Below are positions 8,823-16,983 of a stretch of DNA of 52,086 nt, piece by piece; within the stretch, counting starts at the first letter, position 1, and each line of letters starts with the position of its first letter. This stretch comes from a virus (taxonomy: Duplodnaviria > Heunggongvirae > Uroviricota > Caudoviricetes). The stretch lies in IMG/VR virus record IMGVR_UViG_2698536618_000020, one strand, 5' to 3'. The notes under the pieces are model-generated. The model was given only the letters and a program-made list of their open reading frames with translations, was not told the origin of the DNA and searched no databases. Position numbers and translations under genes: made by a program.

Positions 8823-9119
8823 ATGTCACAAACAAGTTACAGCAAACTGTCACAGCGCGATATCGATCGCGCTGAAACGGATTTACTTATCAACCTGTCA
8901 GCTCTGACGCAAAGGGGACTGGCGAAGATGATTGGCTGCCATGAATCGAAGGTCAGTCGTACCGACTGGCGATACATCGCGGCGATTTTATGCGCGTTCC
9001 AGATGGCATCTGATATCAGTCCGATCAGCCGGGCTTTCCAGCATGCCATTAACGTTCATGCAAATAAAAAACGTCCGGTTGGGGCCGGACGTTCTGAGCA
9101 AATCCTGATGAACATCTGA
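8823..9119 (+). CDS. cII: CII-like transcriptional activator
   Basis: 98 aa; C-terminus 'NKKRPVGAGRSEQILMNI' matches lambda CII 'NKKRPAATERSEQIQMEF'; AGGAAA SD. Confidence 0.85.
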   Translation: MSQTSYSKLSQRDIDRAETDLLINLSALTQRGLAKMIGCHESKVSRTDWRYIAAILCAFQMASDISPISRAFQHAINVHANKKRPVGAGRSEQILMNI

Positions 9120-9190
9120 TATTCAGGCAGGGCATGGAGCAATACACGGGAATAATTCTGCCACATCTGGAAGAATTTCGCCAGCAACAA

Positions 9191-9339
9191 CACCAACCGC
9201 AGCAGCCTGAAGCCGATTGGGTTAACCCGGAGATACCGGGACCGTCTGTGAAGATGTGCAGTCACACCAATGTGCAGTCACACCAACCGCAGCAGCCTGA
9301 AGCCGATTGGGTTAACCCGGGAGATACCGGGACCGTCTG
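9191..9339. repeat. two ~58-bp direct repeats (90-bp period) plus 16-bp tandem duplication; iteron-like
   Basis: CACCAACCGCAGCAGCCTGAAGCCGATTGGGTTAACCCGG(G)AGATACCGGGACCGTCTG at 9191-9248 and 9281-9339; TGTGCAGTCACACCAA x2 at 9255-9286; a third diverged copy lies inside the replication gene at 10031-10114. Confidence 0.8.
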
Positions 9340-9372
9340 CGGTATGGAGTAAATCTTGTATGCGAGGGGACT

Positions 9373-10455
9373 ATGCGTAATTACGCAACAATTTCACCTC
9401 AGTTCTGGTTAGGCGATACAGGGCGAAAACTCAGGAAGTCTGGTCCGGAATGTATGGTAGTGGCGTTGTATATGATGACCTCGCCTCATTCCAATATGCT
9501 GGGCCTTTATTACCTGCCTGTTTTGTACATTGCTCACGAAACCGGACTTGATCCTGAAGGGGCTTCTAAGGGGCTTCAAATGGCTTGCGAGGCTGGTTTT
9601 TGCAGCTATGACCATGATTCTGAGGTTGTATGGGTGCATGAAATGGCAGCATGGCAGGTTGGTGAAGCGCTGAAACCTGGCGATAACCGTTGTGCTGGGG
9701 TAAGAAATGAATATTCCGCGTTGCTGGAAAATCCTTTTTTATCATCCTTTTATGATAGATATAAGGATGATTTCCACCTGGATGTCAGACGTGAATCATG
9801 TCGGAAAATTGAAGCCCCTTCAGAGCCCCTTTCAAGCCAAGAACAGGAACAGGAACAAGAACAGGAAAGGGATAAAACCCTTTTGGTCCATGGCGAAAAA
9901 ATCGCCACGGACCCACAGGGGGATTTTTGTCCTGTTCTGACTGAACGTCCAGGACCAGCTGGCACGACACCGGAAGCAGATTCCGGGCGTTGTGTGCAGC
10001 AGGTGCTGATCGTCGAACCGGAGCAACAACGCCAACCGCAGCAGCCTGAAGCCGATTCCGCGATGAGCGGGAAGCCGATTGGGTTAACCCGGGCGATGCC
10101 GGGACCGTCTGCGGGACGAGTTGATTATCCTGACGTGTTCGAACGGGTCTGGCGTGAATATCCGCATCGGGCAGGGTCAAACCCGAAGAAATCCGCGTTC
10201 AATGCCTGGAGGGCCAGATTACGCGAAGGGGTGTCACCGGATGTCGTGCTGGATGGCGTGAGGCGTTACGCAAGATACCTGGAGGCTACCGGGAAAGCGG
10301 GAACTGAATTTGTTCAGCAGGCATCGACGTTTTTTGGCCCGAACAGGAATTTCGAAAATCCGTGGTCGCTGCCGAAGGCTGGCGCAGTCAGCCTGCGTTG
10401 CGTGAATCACATTTCTGAACCGGACACCGAAATTCCGCCGGGTTTCAGGGGGTAA
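9373..10455 (+). CDS. replication initiation / replisome organizer protein (YdaU/DUF1376-like)
   Basis: 360 aa; sits in lambda O position directly upstream of DnaC-like gene; N-terminal region resembles DUF1376 proteins as I recall them; contains (EQ)n linker and the third repeat copy. Confidence 0.7.
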   Translation: MRNYATISPQFWLGDTGRKLRKSGPECMVVALYMMTSPHSNMLGLYYLPVLYIAHETGLDPEGASKGLQMACEAGFCSYDHDSEVVWVHEMAAWQVGEALKPGDNRCAGVRNEYSALLENPFLSSFYDRYKDDFHLDVRRESCRKIEAPSEPLSSQEQEQEQEQERDKTLLVHGEKIATDPQGDFCPVLTERPGPAGTTPEADSGRCVQQVLIVEPEQQRQPQQPEADSAMSGKPIGLTRAMPGPSAGRVDYPDVFERVWREYPHRAGSNPKKSAFNAWRARLREGVSPDVVLDGVRRYARYLEATGKAGTEFVQQASTFFGPNRNFENPWSLPKAGAVSLRCVNHISEPDTEIPPGFRG

Positions 10456-10461
10456 TCAGCC

Positions 10462-11202
10462 ATGAAAAACATTTCGACTGGAGGGATTCTTGAACGGGTG
10501 CGCCGTCTGGCACCACCGCACGTGGCAGCACCGTTCCGGACGACCGACGAATGGCGGGAATGGCAACTGGCTGAGGGCCGTAAGCGCAGCGAGGAAATTA
10601 ACCGCCTGAATCATCAGGCGCGGGTTGAAAAAATCCTGAACCGTGCGGGCATCCAGCCGCTTCACAGGAAGTGCTCATTCGGGAACTACCGGGTGCAGAA
10701 CGACGGTCAGCGCCATGCTCTGAGCCAGGCGAAATCCATTGTCGATGAATTGATGACCAGTTATACAAACTTCGTGTTCAGCGGGAATCCGGGAACCGGA
10801 AAAAATCATCTGGCGGCGGCTGTGGGTAATCGTCTGCTGAAGGCCGGTAAATCCGTGATAGTGGTCACCGTGGCGGATGTGATGAGCGCGTTACATGCCA
10901 GCTATGACGACGGACTGTCAGGGGAAAAATTTTTGCGTGAACTGTGCGAAGTGGACCTCCTGGTTCTTGACGAAATTGGCATCCAGCGTGAGACGAAAAA
11001 CGAGCAGGTGGTACTGCACCAGATTGTTGACCGCCGGACGGCATCACTGCGCAGTGTCGGGATGCTGACAAACCTGAATCATGCCGCAATGAGCACGCTT
11101 CTTGGTGAGAGGATTATGGACCGGATGACCATGAACGGTGGTCGTTGGGTGAATTTTAACTGGGAGAGCTGGCGGTCAAACGTTGGACGTCAGGGTATGT
11201 GA
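10462..11202 (+). CDS. DnaC/IstB-like AAA+ helicase loader
   Basis: 246 aa; Walker A GNPGTGKNHLAAAVG, Walker B LLVLDEIG; lambda P position. Confidence 0.9.
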   Translation: MKNISTGGILERVRRLAPPHVAAPFRTTDEWREWQLAEGRKRSEEINRLNHQARVEKILNRAGIQPLHRKCSFGNYRVQNDGQRHALSQAKSIVDELMTSYTNFVFSGNPGTGKNHLAAAVGNRLLKAGKSVIVVTVADVMSALHASYDDGLSGEKFLRELCEVDLLVLDEIGIQRETKNEQVVLHQIVDRRTASLRSVGMLTNLNHAAMSTLLGERIMDRMTMNGGRWVNFNWESWRSNVGRQGM

Positions 11203-11227
11203 GAATTTTTGACGAGGTAAATTTTCG

Positions 11228-11998
11228 ATGGAAACCGTATTGCATGCACTGAAAGCGATGGGAAAAGCCAATTCTGTTGAACTGGCGGCGCGGCTTGATA
11301 TCAGCCGTGAAGAAGTTCTCAACGAACTGTGGGAGCTCAAAAAAAATGGCGTTGTTGATAAAACGGGTCACACCTGGTTTCTGGCTGTCGAAGGTGAAGC
11401 CGGGGTAACCGAAGAGCGGCCAGTAAAATCTGAAACACAGGATATGCTGACCGAAGAGGTCGCTCCAAAAGTTAGCGCTGACATGATGATTGAGTTTATC
11501 TCTCAGGAGGGGGCTAAAACCTGTGAGGAACTGGCGGGGAAGTTCGGTGTCAGCACTCGTGAGGTTGCTTCCACGTTGGCGGTGGTAACAGCAACGAGAC
11601 GCCTGGTACGCGAGATCAGCAACGGAAAATTCCGTTACAAAATGCCTGATGTCGAAAACGGCGATTTGAGCGCCTTATCATCGCAGAATAAGCAATCACA
11701 CCATGACGCAGAAAACAGCGCGGCAGGCGATGAAATGAATCGTTTTCCGTTGGCATCAGAGAGCACGGCAAAGGCCAGTACAGATGAGTTTATCCGAGAA
11801 GTTCCATCATTCACCGAAAAATCTGCCAGTTCGGTGATGCTTCCATCGCTGCATGCTGCCAGTCGAGAACTTCGTCGCGCCAAAAAACAGGTCCAGAAGT
11901 GGGAGCGAGTCTGCGCCGCGCTGCGGGAGCTGAACAAGCACCGGGATATTGTTCGACAGATTGTCGATTCATCCGGTCGTATTGTGTCGGAAAAGTGA
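11228..11998 (+). CDS. hypothetical protein with two winged-helix-like segments
   Basis: 256-aa ORF; HTH-like stretches (NSVELAARLDISREEVLNEL; KTCEELAGKFGVSTREVAST). Confidence 0.6.
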   Translation: METVLHALKAMGKANSVELAARLDISREEVLNELWELKKNGVVDKTGHTWFLAVEGEAGVTEERPVKSETQDMLTEEVAPKVSADMMIEFISQEGAKTCEELAGKFGVSTREVASTLAVVTATRRLVREISNGKFRYKMPDVENGDLSALSSQNKQSHHDAENSAAGDEMNRFPLASESTAKASTDEFIREVPSFTEKSASSVMLPSLHAASRELRRAKKQVQKWERVCAALRELNKHRDIVRQIVDSSGRIVSEK

Positions 11999-12409
11999 TT
12001 GCCGGAGGCGCTTATGGCGAAACCTTTTACACACGAACAGCGGGAAGAACTGAAGGCACGAATTATCGGATTGGTACGCAAAAATGAACGCATGACGATA
12101 TCGCAACTGGAGAGAGCGACGGGAGCAGGCTGGCATTCAGTCAGACGTTGCCTTGTGGATGTACTGGCTTGTGGCGATTTATACATGTCCGGTAAATACG
12201 GTGTTTTTGCATCAGAACAGGTGTATCGCGTATGGCGTAAGACACCGGAGAAAACAACTGACCAGACATTGATTCGAAAGTTACCAGACGGAGAAATTCG
12301 CCGCTACGATAGACGCCTGAACATAATCTGTCGCGAGTGCCGGAATAGTGAAGTTATGCAGCGCGTGCTGGCTTTCTATCAGGGGAATTTTCAGGAGGCG
12401 GTACTGTGA
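11999..12409 (+). CDS. hypothetical protein with HTH-like segment
   Basis: 136-aa ORF (alternative Met at 12014); directly follows previous gene. Confidence 0.5.
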   Translation: MPEALMAKPFTHEQREELKARIIGLVRKNERMTISQLERATGAGWHSVRRCLVDVLACGDLYMSGKYGVFASEQVYRVWRKTPEKTTDQTLIRKLPDGEIRRYDRRLNIICRECRNSEVMQRVLAFYQGNFQEAVL

Positions 12410-12465
12410 GTAAATTAGCTATCAGGCTTCAATTGTCGCTGGCATTCGCATCAAAGGAGAATGAG

Positions 12466-13050
12466 ATGACCACTTTTACAAAAGAGCAGTTAATCAGTCA
12501 TGTTAGTGAAAATGTAAAGGCGATGAAATTTGCAGTAAAACAGACAGCATTCAAAAATTCTCTCGAGGCAATTGAGTTGGATTTAGCACTGGCCCTTGTT
12601 GCTCAGGCTTCGCTGGAAGCAGAGCCCGTGCTTTATATGAATCGATTTACCGGAAAGACATTCTCACTGGAAGAGCAACCCGGTGCTGATAAGGAACCGG
12701 AAATATACGTGCCGCTATATGCTGCCCCGCCAGACAGCGCCGCCATGCTTCAGGCTGGAAACTTTCGGGAAAAGAAGGGTTCGTCAACCAATAATTTTCG
12801 GGAAATCTCGGAAACGTCAACCAACCATCCGGTAACTCTGGATGGTTGGATAAGCTGTAGTGAGCGAATGCCGGATGACGGTCAGCACGTAATTATTTTA
12901 TGTGATGGCGCATTCGTTCTTTATGCGCAATATCGAGACGGTGAGTTTTTTGATGTAGTCCGTGATGGTGATGAATTTTTCGAAACACAGAGCCGCAATG
13001 TAACCGACTGGATGCCGCTACCAGAACCGCCGCAGGAGGTGCGCCAATGA
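12466..13050 (+). CDS. DUF551-like phage protein
   Basis: 194 aa from ATG with AAAGGAGA SD (longer GTG frame from 12406); C-terminal 'WISCSERMPDDGQHVIILCDGAFVLYAQYRDGEFFD...VTDWMPLPEPP' resembles DUF551. Confidence 0.6.
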   Translation: MTTFTKEQLISHVSENVKAMKFAVKQTAFKNSLEAIELDLALALVAQASLEAEPVLYMNRFTGKTFSLEEQPGADKEPEIYVPLYAAPPDSAAMLQAGNFREKKGSSTNNFREISETSTNHPVTLDGWISCSERMPDDGQHVIILCDGAFVLYAQYRDGEFFDVVRDGDEFFETQSRNVTDWMPLPEPPQEVRQ

Positions 13051-13130
13051 ACTGGCCTGAAGCATTTGCAATTACAGGCGTTGCTATGGCTATCACTTTT
13101 TTAGTATATGTTATTTGTCGGTGGGGGTAA
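13047..13130 (+). CDS. small hydrophobic peptide (27 aa) MNWPEAFAITGVAMAITFLVYVICRWG
   Basis: ATG overlaps upstream stop (ATGA); GGAGG SD 8 nt upstream; single predicted TM helix; not in supplied ORF track because under 60 aa. Confidence 0.4.
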   Translation: MNWPEAFAITGVAMAITFLVYVICRWG

Positions 13131-13165
13131 AAACGTTCGCCGGGATTAACACCAAAGGAGGGAAT

Positions 13166-13270
13166 ATGTCGGATGATATATCACTGGCAATGGAAGGTGC
13201 GCTGGCTGTTGTTGCTGTTGTGGGCGTTTACTGCCTGGTTGTGTTTTTGATGGATCGACTAGGGAACTGA
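13166..13270 (+). CDS. small hydrophobic peptide (34 aa) MSDDISLAMEGALAVVAVVGVYCLVVFLMDRLGN
   Basis: AAAGGAGGG SD 5 nt upstream of ATG; single predicted TM helix. Confidence 0.4.
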   Translation: MSDDISLAMEGALAVVAVVGVYCLVVFLMDRLGN

Positions 13271-13515
13271 ATTCATTACGATATGGGAATTCCCATATCG
13301 GGTAAAAACGGTTTGCGGTAAAGCGAGAGTTAAGTAGAATTGCTGCGGGTGCTTGAGGCTGTCTGCCTCGGGCATGCCACCGTAAGGCAGACAGAGAAAA
13401 GCCCCAGTTAACATTACGCGTCCTGCAAGACGCCTAACATTAATCTGAGGCCAATTTCATGCTAGACACATGTAGGTTAGCCTCTTACGCGCCGAAAGGC
13501 AAGGAGAAGCAGGCT

Positions 13516-13671
13516 ATGAAGCAGCAAAAGGCGATGTTAGTCGCCCTGATCGTCATCTGTATTACCGTCATTGTGACGGCACTGGTAACGAGGAAAGACC
13601 TCTGCGAGGTACGAATCCGAACCGGCCAGACGGAGGTCACTGTCTTCACAGCTTACGAACCTGAGGAGTAA
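13516..13671 (+). CDS. hok: Hok/Gef-family type I toxin
   Basis: 51 aa 'MKQQKAMLVALIVICITVIVTALVTRKDLCEVRIRTGQTEVTVFTAYEPEE', matches E. coli HokD/RelF as I recall it; AAGGAGAAG SD; longer in-frame upstream ORF (13459) is Mok-like. Confidence 0.85.
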   Translation: MKQQKAMLVALIVICITVIVTALVTRKDLCEVRIRTGQTEVTVFTAYEPEE

Positions 13672-13740
13672 GAGACCAGGCGAGGGAGAAATCCCTCGCC
13701 ACCTCTGATGTGTCAGGCATCCTCAACGCACCCGCACTTA

Positions 13741-13762
13741 ACCCGCTTCGGCGGGTTTTTTC
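13741..13762 (+). terminator. intrinsic terminator after hok
   Basis: ACCCGC-ttcg-GCGGGT hairpin followed by TTTTTTC. Confidence 0.7.
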
Positions 13763-13880
13763 ACGTACTGTGGTTGTGAATACGATCGGTATTAGGCTAT
13801 GCTAACAACATTAGCCTGACTAATTTTGTATTGACTTGATTTTTGTTAAAGAACAGGACGGAGAAGTAAGGGTACACCCA

Positions 13881-14060
13881 ATGAGCTACGCACTAAAAAA
13901 ACACCCGCGATTGACTATTCCCCCTCGCGATAAAAGCGTTGTGGCAGCTCCGCGCCCGGCTATCGATGAAAATTGCACTCATCGTGAGCAGGTGAAAAAT
14001 GCTTTCGATTTCGGTTTTTCTCGTTACGAGAAGGCAATGGAAGAACTTTCAAAAGTGTAA
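13881..14060 (+). CDS. putative antitoxin partner of Doc-family toxin (unassigned fold)
   Basis: 59-aa ORF from ATG (longer TTG frame from 13836), ends 18 bp before toxin start; no similarity to Phd recognised. Confidence 0.4.
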   Translation: MSYALKKHPRLTIPPRDKSVVAAPRPAIDENCTHREQVKNAFDFGFSRYEKAMEELSKV

Positions 14061-14078
14061 TGATGGGTATTGTGCTCT

Positions 14079-14564
14079 ATGGCTGAGATTGTTGAAGGAG
14101 TGCACTACCTTTCGTTTGATGATCTTACCGAAATTAATCGCCTTTTAATTGAGCTTCAAACACCAGATGAACCTGTTAGTGTGCTGAGTGTTGATAATTT
14201 AAGTTCTTCTCAGTCTCGTCCCAGCATGGTTCGATGGTATGAACAGACTAATGACATGTTTGTACTGGCATCAGTATTGATTGAAAGTCTGATTCAGAAT
14301 CATCCATTTGCTAATGCAAACAAACGAACAGCTATGATGGCTGGTTATGTCTTCTTGTTGTTGAATGGCTATGAGTTAACAGCACCAGGCGATGAAATCG
14401 TGGAAATGGCAGAGGGACTGGCCTGCAAAACCTATACTCGAGAAGATCTCGAGAACTGGTTGTGTTATTGGTCTCGTGCGTATGACAGCCGGGAATTATG
14501 TAAAACAGGCGCAACTATTGTTTTGTATGAAACTATCAAGCTTAAAATAGAACAGCAAAACTAA
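14079..14564 (+). CDS. doc: Doc-family (Fic fold) toxin
   Basis: 161 aa; Doc-type motif HPFANANKRTAMMAGYVFLLLNGY (HxFx[ND][AG]NKR). Confidence 0.8.
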   Translation: MAEIVEGVHYLSFDDLTEINRLLIELQTPDEPVSVLSVDNLSSSQSRPSMVRWYEQTNDMFVLASVLIESLIQNHPFANANKRTAMMAGYVFLLLNGYELTAPGDEIVEMAEGLACKTYTREDLENWLCYWSRAYDSRELCKTGATIVLYETIKLKIEQQN

Positions 14565-14577
14565 AGGTGCTTCTAAT

Positions 14578-14605
14578 GAAAACCCGCTTCGGCGGGTTTT
14601 GTTGT
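14578..14605. terminator. bidirectional intrinsic terminator between convergent doc and higA-like genes
   Basis: AAAACCCGCTTCGGCGGGTTTTGTTG; A-run and T-run flank hairpin. Confidence 0.7.
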
Positions 14606-14614
14606 ATTGGAGTA

Positions 14615-14932
14615 TCATGATATTACCTGGATTCCGTTTTTCTCTACGACTGAAAGAAGGCGAAGAGCGGCACCTCCCGGCCGTTTTACACCACGTTCCC
14701 AGTCTGATATCAGGTTTTTACTGACGTTGAGGTATCTGGCAAAAACAGGTTGAGACAGATGCTCTCGTTCGCGCAGTGCACGGATCCTTTCCGGAGACAT
14801 TACCGGCGCTGGCTGGAGACAAGTTTCATCGAATTCTCGCATAGTCTGTTTCGTTACTGCGCCGATATCATGAAGCGATTCCATCATTTCATGTACGGAT
14901 GCAAGCGCATCACTGCGGTAATTTTTACTCAT
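14615..14932 (-). CDS. XRE-family HTH antitoxin (HigA-like)
   Basis: 105 aa; C-terminal HTH 'LSQPVFARYLNVSKNLISDWERGVKRPGGAALRLL'; GGAGG SD; immediately downstream of RelE-like toxin gene. Confidence 0.75.
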   Translation of the reverse strand: MSKNYRSDALASVHEMMESLHDIGAVTKQTMREFDETCLQPAPVMSPERIRALREREHLSQPVFARYLNVSKNLISDWERGVKRPGGAALRLLSVVEKNGIQVIS

Positions 14933-14979
14933 TGGGTACCTCCGTAAACTGACCCTGTAGAATCAGTTGTGCCAGTTGT

Positions 14980-15294
14980 TCATCTGTTAGATTGAGTACG
15001 TGAGGAGCCCCTTCCGAAATGCACTTCCTCAGTAGCGGTTATATTTTCACGTTCATTTTTTGCGTATGCATATACGAAAAAGGCCCTTGTGCCGACGCGA
15101 TAGAAAATGATTGTGCGATAACCGCCAGATTTGCCGCCACCGACTCGTGGCAGACGTTGCTTGATAACGCCGTTACCCAGGTTTGCTGAGATAAGCCCGT
15201 TATCAGCCTGTTTAACAATTTCGCGCAGTGACTGGTCGGATATTTTGTTTTTGCGTGCAAATCGCTCAAACCAGGCGTTTTTAAAAATGCGCAT
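14980..15294 (-). CDS. RelE/ParE-superfamily toxin (HigB-like / DUF1044-like)
   Basis: 104 aa from ATG (longer frame to 15357); motif 'RLPRVGGGKSGGYRTIIFYRVGTRAFFVYAYAKNERENI'; toxin-then-antitoxin order; palindrome TAACAC-ATA-GTGTTA just upstream (15315-15329). Confidence 0.7.
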   Translation of the reverse strand: MRIFKNAWFERFARKNKISDQSLREIVKQADNGLISANLGNGVIKQRLPRVGGGKSGGYRTIIFYRVGTRAFFVYAYAKNERENITATEEVHFGRGSSRTQSNR

Positions 15295-15638
15295 TTTTTG
15301 TTCCGTTATTAATGTATAACACATAGTGTTACATTGCGTAGGGATCTGCAATGCCATCAGTTTGACAACGTCGCGTATCCGGGATTATATTCATCGCACG
15401 CCAGCAAAATCTGGCGTCGGGATTAGGAACCCCGGATAGAAACCGCGACAGAGACACGCCGCGAGCGTGTTTTTTATTGTCGTATGCACACGCACATCTG
15501 AATTATGGTGGGGCGTATAGGGGAGCTGAAAAGCTCGCCGGTTGGTTTCCCGGTAGTTCCTAACCCTGTACGTCTCGCCACCCGATGATTAGGAACCTGA
15601 CGGTGGTGATAGTTTAGAAACCACTCGAGGGCGTCATT

Positions 15639-16310
15639 ATGACAACTCAAGTTTCTGTTGAAACACTCTCCACGATTACTTACAAGCAGATCCCCGTTAT
15701 CACTACCGAACTTTTGGCGCACCTTTACGGCACAGAAGCTATTCGTATTCGCCAGAATCACCACGAAAACAAAGGTCGTTTCATTGAGGAAAAACACTTC
15801 TTCAAACTTGAAGGTGAAACTTTACGTGAGTTCAAGCACAGAGTAGCTTTTAACTACTCTGTGAAAATTGCCCGTAACGTTCGCTCCCTCATCCTATGGA
15901 CAGAACGCGGCGCAGCCCGTCACGCAAAAATGCTCGAAACTGATCAGGCGTGGGAGGTATTCGAAAAACTGGAAGACTGCTATTTCAGCCAGGGAAAAAC
16001 AGCACCAACCGAACAGCAGCCGCAGATTCAGCCACAATTCACAGCCGAAGAAATCATCCTCCTTTGCTACATGCAGCTCTGGATGGAAAAAGCCCAGGAC
16101 CTCAGCAAACACCTGTATCCCATTATGAAAGAGCTGAACTCCTCATACACGAACAAGCTGTATGACATTGCGTTTGAGACCATCTACATGGTGACGAAGA
16201 ACAGAGACGCGCTACTAAGGGAGGTAACACGTCTCGACATGTCAAGTTCCATTATCCAGCGGGCCATGCCAATGCTGAAAAGCCTGCGGGCAAGACAATT
16301 TGAATTCTGA
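15639..16310 (+). CDS. ORF6N/KilA-N-like domain protein (putative antirepressor-type regulator)
   Basis: 223 aa; N-terminal 'ITYKQIPVITTELLAHLYGTEAIRIRQNHHENKGRFIEEKHFFKLEGETLREF' resembles ORF6N domain. Confidence 0.6.
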   Translation: MTTQVSVETLSTITYKQIPVITTELLAHLYGTEAIRIRQNHHENKGRFIEEKHFFKLEGETLREFKHRVAFNYSVKIARNVRSLILWTERGAARHAKMLETDQAWEVFEKLEDCYFSQGKTAPTEQQPQIQPQFTAEEIILLCYMQLWMEKAQDLSKHLYPIMKELNSSYTNKLYDIAFETIYMVTKNRDALLREVTRLDMSSSIIQRAMPMLKSLRARQFEF

Positions 16311-16315
16311 AACTA

Positions 16316-16340
16316 AAGGAGCTTCGGCTCCTTTTTTGTT
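16316..16340 (+). terminator. intrinsic terminator
   Basis: GGAGCTTCGGCTCC hairpin + TTTTTTGTT. Confidence 0.7.
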
Positions 16341-16364
16341 GGGAAAATCCAGTGAGAGGGAATA

Positions 16365-16775
16365 ATGAACCAGACTATCTTCCTCCGAAGTAAGCAGCAG
16401 CAACAATTCGCCATTAACGCCATCCTTGCAACAACTCTCGATAAAGACAAACCCGTTACGATCCGCATCACCGATTACAAGCGGAATCTCGATCAAAATG
16501 CCAAATTTCACGCGATGGTCGCTGATATCTCCCGACAGGTTCAGTGGTGCGGCAGATGGCTAAAACCAGAACAGTGGAAAGTTTTGTTAATCAGCGGTCA
16601 TGCCGTGGCTACAAAACAGGAAGCTGATGTTTTGCCAGGTCTTGAAGGTGAATACGTCAATATCCGCGAAAGCAGTGCGCAGATGAGCGTGAAGCGTATG
16701 GCAAGCCTGATTGAGTACACAACTTCCTGGGCTGTGGAGCAGGGTGTCAGATTTACCGACAGGATGTATGAATGA
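16365..16775 (+). CDS. ninB: NinB (Orf family recombination protein)
   Basis: 136 aa; '[24 protein letters not shown]' matches lambda NinB 'DQNRKLWACLGDVSRQVEWHGRWL'. Confidence 0.85.
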   Translation: MNQTIFLRSKQQQQFAINAILATTLDKDKPVTIRITDYKRNLDQNAKFHAMVADISRQVQWCGRWLKPEQWKVLLISGHAVATKQEADVLPGLEGEYVNIRESSAQMSVKRMASLIEYTTSWAVEQGVRFTDRMYE

Positions 16776-16963
16776 GACGACAGCGACGAAGCATTACCGA
16801 TATAGTCTGTGAAAACTGCAATTACCTTCCAACGAAACGCTCCCGAAATAAACCCAGGCCAATCCCCAACGAATCTGATGTAAAAACCTTCAATTATACG
16901 TCTCACCTGTGGGATGTCCGGTGGCTCAGACGTCGTGCAAGATTTAATAGTCACTCCGGATAG
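16772..16963 (+). CDS. ninE: NinE
   Basis: 63 aa; '[52 protein letters not shown]' nearly identical to lambda NinE as recalled. Confidence 0.85.
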   Translation: MRRQRRSITDIVCENCNYLPTKRSRNKPRPIPNESDVKTFNYTSHLWDVRWLRRRARFNSHSG

Positions 16964-16983
16964 TTCAATGTACGAGGAATAAG

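Noticed and set aside
9134-9352. 72-aa ORF encoding 'QPQQPEADWVNP' twice
   Set aside because: Its frame is generated by the direct repeats upstream of the replication gene; more likely a repeat artefact or origin region than a gene.
9750-10180. Minus-strand ORFs of 67-131 aa
   Set aside because: Antisense to the replication initiator gene across its repeat/low-complexity region.
15474-15797. 107-aa minus-strand ORF
   Set aside because: Overlaps the 5' end of the ORF6N gene and its leader with repeated motifs; no SD.
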